A stretch of 49,753 nt of DNA, from positions 1 through 49,753 of the forward strand of contig JAYZEO010000037.1 of the NCBI GenBank assembly GCA_036337215.1. Reading direction: 5' to 3'. Shown one piece after another: positions 1 to 9,272 of the stretch. How positions within the stretch are numbered: position 1 is the stretch's first letter; each line of letters starts with the position of its first letter. The notes below the pieces were generated by a model. It was not told where the DNA came from and did not search any database. It was given only the letters and a program-made list of their open reading frames with translations. A program made the translations under genes and the position numbers. This DNA is from Myxococcota bacterium. GTDB taxonomy: Bacteria; Myxococcota_A; UBA9160; SZUA-336.

Positions 1-1
1 T

Positions 2-979
2 ATGTCCCGAGAGCTGCAGGTCGACCCCCAGATGCCGGACTCGCCGAAACGTCGAGGGGTCGTGCGCGAGCAACACCAGCGCGCGCTCGGGGTCTCGGCC
101 GGACAGCGCCGCCGAGAGATCCTCGCCTCCCTCTGCCGACCCGAAGTCGCCGCGATGATCGTCGACGCCGGCCAGGTCGAAGTCCGCGCCAGTTGCTTCG
201 ATCCGGACCCGCTCGTTGCGCAGGACGCGGATTCCGAGTTCCCGGATCCGCTCGGTCCAGGGGCCGACCCCCGAGTAGTGGTCGTGGTTCCCGGTCACGA
301 AGTAGCTCCCGTACCGGGAGGGCAGATCCCGGAATGGCTCGGCCAGCGCTCCGATCTCAGCTACGTCTCCATCGGCAAGGTCGCCCGTGATCGCGACCAG
401 GTCGGCATCCAGCGCGCCCACGCGAACGGCCACGCGCTCCGCAAAGCCACGGCCGAGCAGCAGGCCGAGATGCAGATCGCTGATCTGGACGATGCGGAAT
501 CGGGGGCGCGCGGCCGGCCACCGCTCGCGCCACATCTCCACGCGCCGAACTCCGGGGGGTCGGAGCGCCGACCAGAGTCCGAAACAGACTGCAGTTCCGG
601 CGAGAAAGACGACCGCGCCCGCCCGGATCCGGGCGACCCGGATTGGGTCCCACGACTCCCCTTCCGGCGCGAAGGCCCACGAGAACAACCAGAGCCCGGC
701 GTCCGAGCCACCGAGCCCGACGATCAACAAGAATCCCGCGCCCAACCAGAGAAAACCGGGCCAGGCGACGAGCCTCGCGAACCGGCGCGGCAGCAGACGG
801 CCGGCGAAGGGCTCCAGGACCGCGAGCGCGGCGAGCGCCACGATCCCGGCCAGCAGTGTGGCCTCGGCCCCCGAAGAAAGTTCGAGGTCGAGCACCAGCC
901 GCTGCGCAAGGTAGAGGTGCCCCGCCCCGAGCACCGAGAGCAGCACACCCAGGATCAGGATGCCGGCCAGGATTCTCAC
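2..979 (-). CDS. membrane-anchored metallophosphoesterase (calcineurin-like, YkuE-type); 3' end runs off the left window edge
   Basis: Absent from the ORF track because it has no stop inside the window. The reverse frame opens at GTG 979..977 and reads VRILAGILILGVLL..., with hydrophobic N-terminal helices. It then carries the phosphoesterase motifs IVQISDLHLG (His codon at 470..472), ITGDLADG and GNHDHY. The listed 2..1111 '+' ORF is its Arg/Pro-rich antisense shadow. Confidence 0.8.
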   Translation of the reverse strand, partial: MRILAGILILGVLLSVLGAGHLYLAQRLVLDLELSSGAEATLLAGIVALAALAVLEPFAGRLLPRRFARLVAWPGFLWLGAGFLLIVGLGGSDAGLWLFSWAFAPEGESWDPIRVARIRAGAVVFLAGTAVCFGLWSALRPPGVRRVEMWRERWPAARPRFRIVQISDLHLGLLLGRGFAERVAVRVGALDADLVAITGDLADGDVAEIGALAEPFRDLPSRYGSYFVTGNHDHYSGVGPWTERIRELGIRVLRNERVRIEATGADFDLAGVDDHRGDFGSAEGGEDLSAALSGRDPERALVLLAHDPSTFRRVRHLGVDLQLSGH

Positions 980-1144
980 CGCGGGCTCCGCCCCACAACG
1001 CCGCGGCCTGATCGGCTCTCACACCGAAGCCGGAAGCGGGCGAGAAGCAGGCCGGGAGCGGCCCCCCCCTCGGTGCGCGGGCGCGGAACCGCGGCTTCCG
1101 CGGAGACGTAGTTTCCGCCGGGCATCGAGGGTAGAGTTCGCTGC

Positions 1145-1903
1145 ATGTTGAGGGCCTCGCTGTCCCTACTCTTCTGGGCGTTCCTGGTTCTGAGTTCGAC
1201 CCTGTTCTTCGGGGTCGCGCTCGCCCTCTGGGCGATCACGGCACCCTTCGACCGACGCCGGGTGGTGTTGCACGGATTCACGTGCTTCTGGGCGTCGGTC
1301 TACACCTGGCTCAACCCCGCCTGGAAGGTGAGGGTCCTGGGGCGGGAGAGGATCCGGCCGGGTGTCGCCTACATCATGGTCGCAAACCACCTCTCACTGC
1401 TCGACATCCTCGTGGTCTTTCGCCTCTTTCGCCATTTCAAGTGGGTCTCGAAGATCGAGAATTTCCGGGTGCCCTTGATCGGCTGGAACATGACGCTGAA
1501 CGGGTACATCCCGCTGCGCCGCGGCAGCCAGGAGAGCGCCGCGCACATGCTCGAAGCGTGCGAACACACACTCGAAGCGGGCAGCTCGGTAACGATCTTT
1601 CCCGAAGGCACGCGCTCTTCCGACGGACGACTGCTCCAGTTTCGTCCCGGCGCCTTCGAGATTGCCAAACGCGCCCAGCAGCCGATCCTGCCCGTGCTGA
1701 TCCGAGGAACCGCCGACGCCCTACCGAAACGCGGATTCATTCTGCGGGGGCGCCACCCGATCTCGGTCGAGGTCCTGGACGAACTGGCTCCCGAGAGTTT
1801 TTCGGGCCTGGATACCGAACAACTCGCGCTGGAGGTTCGCCAGATCTTCGCTGAACGACTGGGAGAAGACGGCCAGAACGAGCCCATTCGCGCGGCGGGC
1901 TGA
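1145..1903 (+). CDS. plsC: 1-acyl-sn-glycerol-3-phosphate (lysophospholipid) acyltransferase, PlsC family
   Basis: ATG at 1145. N-terminal TM helix. Acyltransferase motif I NHLSLLD (HX4D) and motif III FPEGTRS. 252 aa. Confidence 0.85.
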   Translation: MLRASLSLLFWAFLVLSSTLFFGVALALWAITAPFDRRRVVLHGFTCFWASVYTWLNPAWKVRVLGRERIRPGVAYIMVANHLSLLDILVVFRLFRHFKWVSKIENFRVPLIGWNMTLNGYIPLRRGSQESAAHMLEACEHTLEAGSSVTIFPEGTRSSDGRLLQFRPGAFEIAKRAQQPILPVLIRGTADALPKRGFILRGRHPISVEVLDELAPESFSGLDTEQLALEVRQIFAERLGEDGQNEPIRAAG

Positions 1904-1915
1904 GACAGCGCGGGA

Positions 1916-1933
1916 CGCGAAGAAACCTTCGCG
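1916..1933. terminator. candidate bidirectional hairpin between convergent plsC and the DUF482 gene
   Basis: CGCGAAG-AAAC-CTTCGCG forms a perfect 7-bp stem with a 4-nt loop in the 57-bp gap, flanked by direct GCGGGAC copies. There is no U-tract, so intrinsic-terminator status is uncertain. Confidence 0.35.
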
Positions 1934-1960
1934 GGACATCCCGGGGCCACCCACCCAACC

Positions 1961-3100
1961 CTACTGGGCCTTGAGTTGACTGTGATCGCGCATCCAGTCG
2001 ATCGTGTCCTCGGCCTCGGACCTCTCGGCCTCCAGGAAGCGGCCCACCGCGGCGTCGAGCCGTGCGTCCGCAAGGTAGTGCAAGCTGTAGGTGGGCTGGG
2101 CATCGAAGCCGCGAAGCTGCTTGTACTCGCCCCCCGCGCCTGGCTCGAAGCGCACGAGTCCGTTTCTTATGCAGTGATCGGCCGCCGCGTAGTAGCAGAC
2201 GTTGAAGTGGAGGTGGCGCAAGTACTCGAAGGCGCCCCAGTAGCGGCCGTACATGGCCTCGCCCTTGTACACGTTGAAGGTACCCGCCAGGAGTTCTCCG
2301 TCCCGTTCTGCCACCACGAAGCACAGGCGCTTTCGAAAACGCTGCCCGAGGAGTTCGAAGAGCTTGTAATTCAGGTACTGGCGCCCCCAGTAGCGCTGCT
2401 CGATGGTCGAGAGGTAGAGCCGGTACATGGGCTCCATGAGTCGATCCGGGATCTCGTCCCCCACGAGCGCCCGGATCGTGACGCCGGCCTCCTCGATCGC
2501 GCGGCGCTCGCGCCGGATCTGATTTCGCCGCTTGCTTCGGAAACGCGCGAGGTAGTCGTCGAAGCTCTGATAACCGTGGTTCTGCCAGTGGTATTGCAGC
2601 CCAACCCGGAGCCGGAAGCCGGCTTTGCGGAGTGGCTCGATTTCGTCTGCGCGGCAGAAGTTCACGTGTACGCCCGAGAACTCGTTAGTGGTACAGAGCT
2701 CCCGGAGCGCCCCGCCGATCCGCTCGATCATTGCGGGGCGCTCGACGTCGGGACGAACCAGGATTCGGGCGCCGGTCACGGGTGTGAAAGGGACTCCGGC
2801 CAGCAGCTTGGGGTAGTACCGGATCCCGGCCCGCTCTGCGGCGTCTGCCCAGCCGTGATCGAATACGAACTCGCCCGCACTGTGGCCCTTGAGGTAGAGC
2901 GGGCAGGCGGCGGCAATCCCGTGCCGATCCCGAACGACGAGCGGACGGGGAGCCCAGCCGGTCTCCGGAGCCACGGTACCCGCCTCTTCCAGGGACGCGA
3001 GCCACTCCCACTCGAGGAAAGGGGACTCGTTGCCCACGAGCGCATTCCACGCTTCGCGCGGGACCTCACGCACCCCGCCCAGGAACTCGATCTCGGCCAT
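1961..3100 (-). CDS. FemAB-like / DUF482 (PF04339-type) GNAT-fold protein
   Basis: Track ORF 1961..3391 trimmed to ATG 3100..3098 (MAEIEFLGG...), which removes the clash with clpS. SPFLEWEWLASLEEAG, PLYLKGHSAGEFVFDHGWADAAERAGIRYYPKL and GVPFTPVTG are the family signature. Confidence 0.85.
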   Translation of the reverse strand: MAEIEFLGGVREVPREAWNALVGNESPFLEWEWLASLEEAGTVAPETGWAPRPLVVRDRHGIAAACPLYLKGHSAGEFVFDHGWADAAERAGIRYYPKLLAGVPFTPVTGARILVRPDVERPAMIERIGGALRELCTTNEFSGVHVNFCRADEIEPLRKAGFRLRVGLQYHWQNHGYQSFDDYLARFRSKRRNQIRRERRAIEEAGVTIRALVGDEIPDRLMEPMYRLYLSTIEQRYWGRQYLNYKLFELLGQRFRKRLCFVVAERDGELLAGTFNVYKGEAMYGRYWGAFEYLRHLHFNVCYYAAADHCIRNGLVRFEPGAGGEYKQLRGFDAQPTYSLHYLADARLDAAVGRFLEAERSEAEDTIDWMRDHSQLKAQ

Positions 3101-3148
3101 GCCCGGCCAGTCTAGCCCCCGACCCCCTCTGGCTCCTATCCTATCGAG

Positions 3149-3514
3149 GTGGCAGAGGATCCCAGAAAGCCCACTGGCCCGGACCGACCCGAGGACGCCA
3201 TTTCGCGGCCCAAGCGAGAGCGCGATCGCGGCGTCGCAACCCGGGAGCGCAGCCAGGTCAAGCGGCCGCCCAAGTTCAAGGTCATTCTCTACAATGATGA
3301 CTACACACCGATGGAATTCGTGGTGTCCCTGCTCGAGCAGGTATTCAAGCGGGGCCCGTCGGAGGCCACCCAGTTGATGCTCACGATTCACCGCACGGGC
3401 TCGGGTTGCGCGGGCGTGTATGTTCTAGAGGTGGCCGAAACCAAGGTAGCCACAGTCCACCGTATTGCCGAGGAGCGGGGCTATCCGCTTCGGGCGGGAG
3501 CAGAACCGGAGTGA
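3149..3514 (+). CDS. clpS: ATP-dependent Clp protease adaptor ClpS
   Basis: GTG 3149 is the only start codon in frame. The core KFKVILYNDDYTPMEFVVSLLEQVF...ATQLMLTIHRTGSGCAGVYVLEVAETK is typical ClpS. Its stop overlaps the clpA start (GTGA at 3511..3514). Confidence 0.9.
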   Translation: MAEDPRKPTGPDRPEDAISRPKRERDRGVATRERSQVKRPPKFKVILYNDDYTPMEFVVSLLEQVFKRGPSEATQLMLTIHRTGSGCAGVYVLEVAETKVATVHRIAEERGYPLRAGAEPE

Positions 3515-5769
3515 GCCAGATCGGGCGGGAGCTTCAACTGACACTGCAGGCGGCCGTGCGCGAGGCCCAAGTGCGGCGGCACGCCTACCTGACGGTCGAG
3601 CACCTGCTTTACGCGCTGGTACACGACGACCGTGGCGTGGAAATTTTTCGCAACTGCGGTGCGCGCGTGCGGAAGCTGCGCGTAGAGCTACACGATTTTC
3701 TGGATACCGCGATAGAGGCAGAGCCGGGAGACCAACCGATCGAGACCGCCCAGACACTGGCTCTCCATCGGGTGATCCAGGCCGCGATGTCCCATGCGGA
3801 CAACGCGGAAAAGGAGGAGGTGGAGGCCGGAGACCTGATCGCGTCGATCTTCCAGGAGCCGGACTGCCACGCCGTGCAGTTACTGCGGGAGCAGGGCGTC
3901 TCCCGTCTCGACGTGCTCAGATACATCTCACACGGCATCTCGCGCTATGCAGAGGGCACAGACGAGGAAGAGTCCGCGGGCGACGCGAGCGAACAGGAAC
4001 TGCTCCGTCCCGACGACGACGGCGACGAGATCGCCGATCCCCTCGAGGCCTTCGCCACCAACCTGAGCGAACTGGCTTCGCAGGGCAAGCTGGATCCGCT
4101 GGTCGGACGCGAAACCGAAATAGCTCGCACGACGCACATCCTGGCGCGCCGCCGCAAGAACAACCCGATCTTCGTAGGCGAGAGCGGGGTCGGCAAGACG
4201 GCCATGGCTGAAGGCCTCGCACTCCGCATCTACCAGGGAAGCGTGCAGGAAGAGCTACAGACCGCCGAGATCTACTCCCTGGATCTGGGCTCGATGCTGG
4301 CCGGGACCAAGTACCGTGGGGACTTCGAGGCGCGCTTCAAGGCGCTGGTGGCGGCCGTCCAGAAGCGCGAGAACCCGATCCTGTTCATCGACGAGATCCA
4401 CACCATCCTGGGCGCCGGCGCGGCGCAGGGCGCGACGGTCGATGCCTCGAGCATGCTGAAGCCCCTGCTACAGTCGGGCGAACTCCGTTGCATGGGCTCG
4501 ACCACGCACGCCGACTATCGCCACTTTGAACGGGACCGGGCGCTGGCCAGGCGCTTCCAGAAAGTCGAGATCAACGAGCCGAGCGTCGACGAGACCGTTC
4601 AGATTCTGCGCGGGCTGGCACCGCAATACGAAGCACATCACGGCGTGCGTTTTACCCCCTCCGCGCTCAAAGCAGCGGCCGAACTCTCCGCCAGATACAT
4701 CCAGGACCGCCACCTGCCCGACAAGGCGATCGACGTGATCGACGAGGTCGGGGCGGCCGTCCGACTCGGGGGCGGAAAGGATCGAAAGCAGGTCGGGGTC
4801 CGAGACGTAGAGCAGTTGGTCTCCAGGATGGCCCGAATCCCGATCACCAAGACCTCGGTTCCGGAGCGCGAGCGCCTCGGAAACCTGAAGCGAGACCTCG
4901 AGGCCGTCGTCTACGGTCAGAACGATGCAATCTCGACGCTGGTCCAGGCGGTGAAGCGAACCCGGGCCGGACTCGGCGGGACCCAGAAGCCGATCGGATC
5001 CTTTCTGTTCGTGGGGCCCACGGGCGTCGGCAAGACTGAACTCGCAAAACAGCTCGCGAACTGTCTCGCGGTCCCGTTTCTGCGCTTCGACATGAGCGAA
5101 TACGCAGAGAAACACGCGGTCGCGCGCCTGATCGGAGCGCCGCCGGGCTACGTGGGTTACGACCAGGGAGGAATGCTGGTCGACCGGGTCCGCAAGAATC
5201 CGTACACGGTCCTGCTGCTCGACGAGATCGAGAAGGCCCACTCAGACTTGTTCGACATCCTGCTTCAGGTCATGGATCACGCGACACTGACAGACAACCA
5301 CGGGAGCGAAGCCGATTTCCGTCACGTGACCCTGATCATGACCTCGAACGCGGGAGCGCGCGACGTCTCGGCGCGATCGATCGGCTTCGGGGACACGCCC
5401 GCCGGAAGCGCCCTGGTCGAGATCGAGCGCCTCTTTGCACCCGAATTCCGCAACCGCCTCGACGAAATCGTCCGTTTCGTTCAGCTGAGTCCCGAGGTCA
5501 TGGAGCAGGTCGTCGAAAAGTTCATGCGCGAACTCGAAGAGCAACTCCAGGAACGAAAGGTGAAGATCTCCCTCCGGGAAGGAGCTCGCACGTGGCTGGC
5601 CGAGAAAGGTTTCGACCCGCTCTTCGGGGCACGTCCCCTCTCGCGCGTGATCCAGGTCGAGGTCAAGGACAAGATCGCAGACGAGATCCTATTCGGCAGA
5701 CTCGAGAAGGGTGGCAAGGTCGTCATCGACGCCGCCGACGGAGAGCTGAGCTTCTCCTACACTTCATAG
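3511..5769 (+). CDS. clpA: ATP-dependent Clp protease ATP-binding subunit ClpA
   Basis: Track ORF 3406 trimmed to GTG 3511. The N-domain [30 protein letters not shown] aligns with the ClpA N-terminus. Two AAA+ modules carry Walker A GESGVGKT and GPTGVGKT. 752 aa. Confidence 0.92.
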   Translation: MSQIGRELQLTLQAAVREAQVRRHAYLTVEHLLYALVHDDRGVEIFRNCGARVRKLRVELHDFLDTAIEAEPGDQPIETAQTLALHRVIQAAMSHADNAEKEEVEAGDLIASIFQEPDCHAVQLLREQGVSRLDVLRYISHGISRYAEGTDEEESAGDASEQELLRPDDDGDEIADPLEAFATNLSELASQGKLDPLVGRETEIARTTHILARRRKNNPIFVGESGVGKTAMAEGLALRIYQGSVQEELQTAEIYSLDLGSMLAGTKYRGDFEARFKALVAAVQKRENPILFIDEIHTILGAGAAQGATVDASSMLKPLLQSGELRCMGSTTHADYRHFERDRALARRFQKVEINEPSVDETVQILRGLAPQYEAHHGVRFTPSALKAAAELSARYIQDRHLPDKAIDVIDEVGAAVRLGGGKDRKQVGVRDVEQLVSRMARIPITKTSVPERERLGNLKRDLEAVVYGQNDAISTLVQAVKRTRAGLGGTQKPIGSFLFVGPTGVGKTELAKQLANCLAVPFLRFDMSEYAEKHAVARLIGAPPGYVGYDQGGMLVDRVRKNPYTVLLLDEIEKAHSDLFDILLQVMDHATLTDNHGSEADFRHVTLIMTSNAGARDVSARSIGFGDTPAGSALVEIERLFAPEFRNRLDEIVRFVQLSPEVMEQVVEKFMRELEEQLQERKVKISLREGARTWLAEKGFDPLFGARPLSRVIQVEVKDKIADEILFGRLEKGGKVVIDAADGELSFSYTS

Positions 5770-5906
5770 CGTCATTCGACCTGTGCCCCGACGCGCACGA
5801 TCCGCGCGGCCACTTGAAGACCGGTTTTGAAGAGCGGTTGATTGGGGTGCGAACGGGTTGACGACGCCCCCGCACCGCCCGTAGGGTCGCCGCCGGAGGT
5901 ATTCCC

Positions 5907-6836
5907 ATGCCCCTCGACCCACAGGCCAAGCTCATGATCGACCAGATGGCAGCCATGAACTTGCCCGATTTCTCCACGCTCACGCCCGAGGAGGCACGAA
6001 AGCAGTTCGAGGCGGCCCAGCTGCCGCTGCCGCCGATCGAGATCGCGGGGGTCGAGGACCGGACCCTTCCCGGCCCGGAGGGCGAAATCCCGGTGCGGAT
6101 CTATACGCCCGAAGGCGGTGCGCCATTCCCTGTGCTCGTCTTCTTCCACGGCGGTGGCTGGGTGATCGGTGATCTCGAGAGTCACGATGCACTTGCCCGC
6201 AAGCTCGCTCTCGAGGCGGGCTGCCTGGTCGTCGCCATCGACTACCGACTCGCCCCGGAGGCCAAATTCCCGGCGGCACCCGAGGACTGCTATGCCGCTA
6301 CCTGCTGGGTGACCGAGCACGCGGCCGAGATTGGCGGAGACCCCGCGCGCATCGCAATCGGAGGCGACAGTGCCGGGGGAAACTTGAGCGCGGTGGTGGC
6401 CCAGATGGCGCGCGACCGCGGTGGGCCCGAACTCTGCTTCGAGCTCCTCGTCTACCCGGTCACCAATCACGACTACAGCACGCCCTCCTACACCGAAAAC
6501 GCAGAGGGCTACTTCCTGACGCGAGCTTCCATGGAGTGGTTCTGGAATCACTACCTGAGCGAGGCTTCGGAGGGCCAGCTCGCGTATGCATCACCGCTTC
6601 GTGCGCACAGTCTCGCGGGGCTGCCCCCCGCACTCGTGATCACGGCCGAGTTCGACCCGCTTCGCGACGAGGGAGAGGCGTACGCCGAAAAATTGCGGCA
6701 GGCTGGAGTGTCCGTCACCTGCACTCGCTACGATGGGCAGATCCACGGCTTCTTCTCTTTCTTCCAACTGATCGACAGTTCGAAAGAGGCCATTCAGGAG
6801 GCGGTCACGCACCTGAAGCGAGCCTTCGCGAACTAG
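5907..6836 (+). CDS. alpha/beta hydrolase, hormone-sensitive-lipase (family IV) type esterase/lipase
   Basis: ATG 5907 preceded by GGAGG. Oxyanion motif HGGGW, nucleophile elbow GDSAGG, and DPLRDE plus HGF completing the triad. Confidence 0.9.
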   Translation: MPLDPQAKLMIDQMAAMNLPDFSTLTPEEARKQFEAAQLPLPPIEIAGVEDRTLPGPEGEIPVRIYTPEGGAPFPVLVFFHGGGWVIGDLESHDALARKLALEAGCLVVAIDYRLAPEAKFPAAPEDCYAATCWVTEHAAEIGGDPARIAIGGDSAGGNLSAVVAQMARDRGGPELCFELLVYPVTNHDYSTPSYTENAEGYFLTRASMEWFWNHYLSEASEGQLAYASPLRAHSLAGLPPALVITAEFDPLRDEGEAYAEKLRQAGVSVTCTRYDGQIHGFFSFFQLIDSSKEAIQEAVTHLKRAFAN

Positions 6837-6865
6837 CCGCGACGTTCCGAGTCGGCTCCCGCGAG

Positions 6866-8023
6866 CTAGGCGAGCTTTTCGAGGCGCCGGCACGCCTCGG
6901 CGAGATCCTCGTCTGTGAGACCGAAACAGAAGCGGCCCATACGGTGACCCTGGGAACCGCGGAAAAAGGCTTCGCCGGGAACGCAAGCGACTCCGGTCTC
7001 GCGGAGCAGCGCCATCGCGCGTTCCTTGCTCGTCTGTCCGGGTAGCCGGGAGATGTCGGCCAATACGTAGTACGAGCCCTGCGGCACCCAAGGCGACAGC
7101 CCGGCACGCTCCAGCGACGCACAGATGCGATCCCGCTTTTCCTGATACTCGACCCGGATCCCGTCGTAGTAGTCCGCACCCAGGAGTTCCAGGCCCCGCG
7201 CAGCCCCGAGTTGAAGCGGGGTCGGGGGACAGACGTAGACCAGGTCGGAGAGCGGGCCGAAGGCCCTGGCCCAGCGTCGGTCCGCCGCGATCCAGCCGAG
7301 TCGCCAGCCCGTGATCGCGAAGGTCTTGGAGAGCGCGTTCATGGTAATCGTGCGCTCTCGTACGTCGGGAAAAGTCGCGGGACTCAGGTGCTCGCGGCCG
7401 TCGAACAGAAAGTGCTCGTAGACCTCGTCCGTGAACAGAAACAGGTCGTGGCTGCGGGCAAGGTCGGCAATCATCTCGAGTTCGGAGCGCTCGAACACCT
7501 TCCCGGAGGGGTTCTGGGGCGTGTTGACCATGATCCCGCGCGTGCGCGGCGAGATCGCGGCTTCGAGTGCCGCGGGATCGAAGCACCAGTCGGGGGGCTC
7601 GGTGTCGACGTAAACAGGCACGGCCTGGACGGCACGGAGCGTGTTCACGTGGTAGCCGTAGTAGGGCTCGAACAGAATCACTTCGTCGCCGGGTTCGAGA
7701 AAAGCCAGCGCCGCGACATAGAACGCTCCGGTCGCGCCCACGGTCACGATGATCTCGCCCTCGGGGTCGTAGTCGAGTCCGTTGTGCTCGCGCATCTTGC
7801 GCGACAGGGCTCGCCGCAACTCCTCCGCGCCGTCGTAGCGCGAGTAGATGTTGGCACCCGCCTCGATGGCCTCGGCTGCGGCCCGCCGGACCTCGATCGG
7901 GACCTCGGTGTTGCAGACACCCTGCGACAGGTTGATTCCACCGACCCGCGCGCACTCGATCGACATGTTGCGGATCTCGGATTGCTGCAGGGCGTCGAGA
8001 CGTCCGGCAAGTCTGAGCGCCAA
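6866..8023 (-). CDS. PLP-dependent aminotransferase, class I/II
   Basis: TTG start at 8023 with GGGAGG about 8 nt upstream. N-terminal LQQSEIRNMS motif. NTPQNPSGKVF. PLP-lysine context NALSKTFAITGWRLGW. 385 aa. Confidence 0.9.
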   Translation of the reverse strand: MALRLAGRLDALQQSEIRNMSIECARVGGINLSQGVCNTEVPIEVRRAAAEAIEAGANIYSRYDGAEELRRALSRKMREHNGLDYDPEGEIIVTVGATGAFYVAALAFLEPGDEVILFEPYYGYHVNTLRAVQAVPVYVDTEPPDWCFDPAALEAAISPRTRGIMVNTPQNPSGKVFERSELEMIADLARSHDLFLFTDEVYEHFLFDGREHLSPATFPDVRERTITMNALSKTFAITGWRLGWIAADRRWARAFGPLSDLVYVCPPTPLQLGAARGLELLGADYYDGIRVEYQEKRDRICASLERAGLSPWVPQGSYYVLADISRLPGQTSKERAMALLRETGVACVPGEAFFRGSQGHRMGRFCFGLTDEDLAEACRRLEKLA

Positions 8024-8049
8024 GCTCGTTCCTCCCTTCGCGCTCTATG

Positions 8050-8853
8050 CTACGTCTCGGGCAGCTGCTTGTGAAATTGGTGTTTGAGCAGGATCGGGCG
8101 GAACCCGAGCTTGTGGTAGAAGCGCTTGGGCCAGTCGTCGGTCCGCGCCCCGATCACGACCGGCCCGGCGCCGCGCTCGCGCGCATCCGTCACTGCGCGC
8201 ACGATCAGCGCCGTGGCGATTCCGCGGCCCCGGAACTCCTCCTGGGTGAACAGGTCCTCGACCTGGCCCACTCCGCTCTGGCCCGGCCACGAAGAGAAGA
8301 ATCCGCAGTCGACCCCGTCTTCATGCGCGATCCAGAAACGCAGCGGCGGGCACTTGGCCCGGTAGATCGCAAGCATGCTGCGGGTCACCTGCTCGGGCAT
8401 CGGCCCCCCTCCGAACCTGCGCGCGTCTTCCTCGTGGTCGAGGCGCAGCAGCCGGTAGATCGCATCCCAGTCGCTGTCGGTCTCGGCGCGGCGGATCTCC
8501 ATCTCGCGTGGCGAGGCGGATAACTCCCCCTCGAGCAACAATTGGACCTCGGTCGAGAGTGCGTAGCCCTCGACGACGAGTCTGGCCTCGAAGGCCGCGG
8601 GCGTATCGGACGAACACCGGAAGAGCCGATCTCGATACCCGGCATAGATCTCTTCGGCGTGCTCGAGGACCGCCTCGATCTCGCCGGCGGTCTCGACCCG
8701 GACCGGGACGCCGTGATTCGCGTCGTGAATGTTCGGGTGCGCGCGATTGCGGATGAACCGAACCGAACCGAGATCGATCACCTCATTTCCAAGGGCGTAG
8801 TAGCCCTCGAGGGTTTCCTCGACACGCCGCTCGAGTTTTCGATCCTGCGCCAC
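8050..8853 (-). CDS. GNAT family N-acetyltransferase with an extra N-terminal domain
   Basis: GTG start 8853 with GGAGGA upstream. The C-terminal half carries the acetyl-CoA motif EEFRGRGIATALI and ...FYHKLGF. Confidence 0.7.
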   Translation of the reverse strand: MAQDRKLERRVEETLEGYYALGNEVIDLGSVRFIRNRAHPNIHDANHGVPVRVETAGEIEAVLEHAEEIYAGYRDRLFRCSSDTPAAFEARLVVEGYALSTEVQLLLEGELSASPREMEIRRAETDSDWDAIYRLLRLDHEEDARRFGGGPMPEQVTRSMLAIYRAKCPPLRFWIAHEDGVDCGFFSSWPGQSGVGQVEDLFTQEEFRGRGIATALIVRAVTDARERGAGPVVIGARTDDWPKRFYHKLGFRPILLKHQFHKQLPET

Positions 8854-9272
8854 CAGTTTTCCTCCTGCTTTGCGGGCTGCCGCGCCGGTATCGGACAGAG
8901 TCCCAAGGTTACAACGCCGTCAGACGGAAACTGAACTCCAGTTCCGAGCGGTTCGATCCCGCTTCGGCGGAACCTCTGCCCCCTGCCGATGGACGCCGAC
9001 GCGAGTTCGGACTCACGCGGTCCACAGCCGGGATCGAGATTTCGACGCGGCCCACGCTCGTCTTCGTCCCGGTCTTCTGCCTCGGCCTCGAGGACCGCGT
9101 AGACTGGCCCAAGACTGCGCTGTGGAGAGGTCGGGGGCACGATGTCTCGAAGCCGGAGGTCGGGGACCCGGGGGGTCGCGCTAGCCCCGAGAATCGAATC
9201 CGGAACCCAGGTGGCGAGTCCGCGGGAGGCCGCGCCCGATGCGGTGCGCGCCTGCGCCGGGACGCGGCACAG

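Noticed and set aside
2-1111. 369-aa + strand ORF at the left edge
   Set aside because: The opposite strand carries a metallophosphoesterase with DxH, GD and GNHD motifs in a frame that is open to the window edge. The + ORF is its Arg/Pro/Glu-rich shadow.
8947-8971. tRNA-like T-arm plus acceptor 3' strand
   Set aside because: Rejected as a bona fide tRNA gene. I could not build a D-arm or a 5-bp/7-nt anticodon arm upstream, and the best 5' acceptor partner has a mismatch and implies a 95-nt molecule. It is kept only as part of the spacer finding.
9127-9165. 10-bp direct repeat GAGGTCGGGG, two copies, considered as a mini-array or binding-site pair
   Set aside because: Only two short copies in G-rich DNA, which chance can explain. 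It is mentioned only within the spacer finding.
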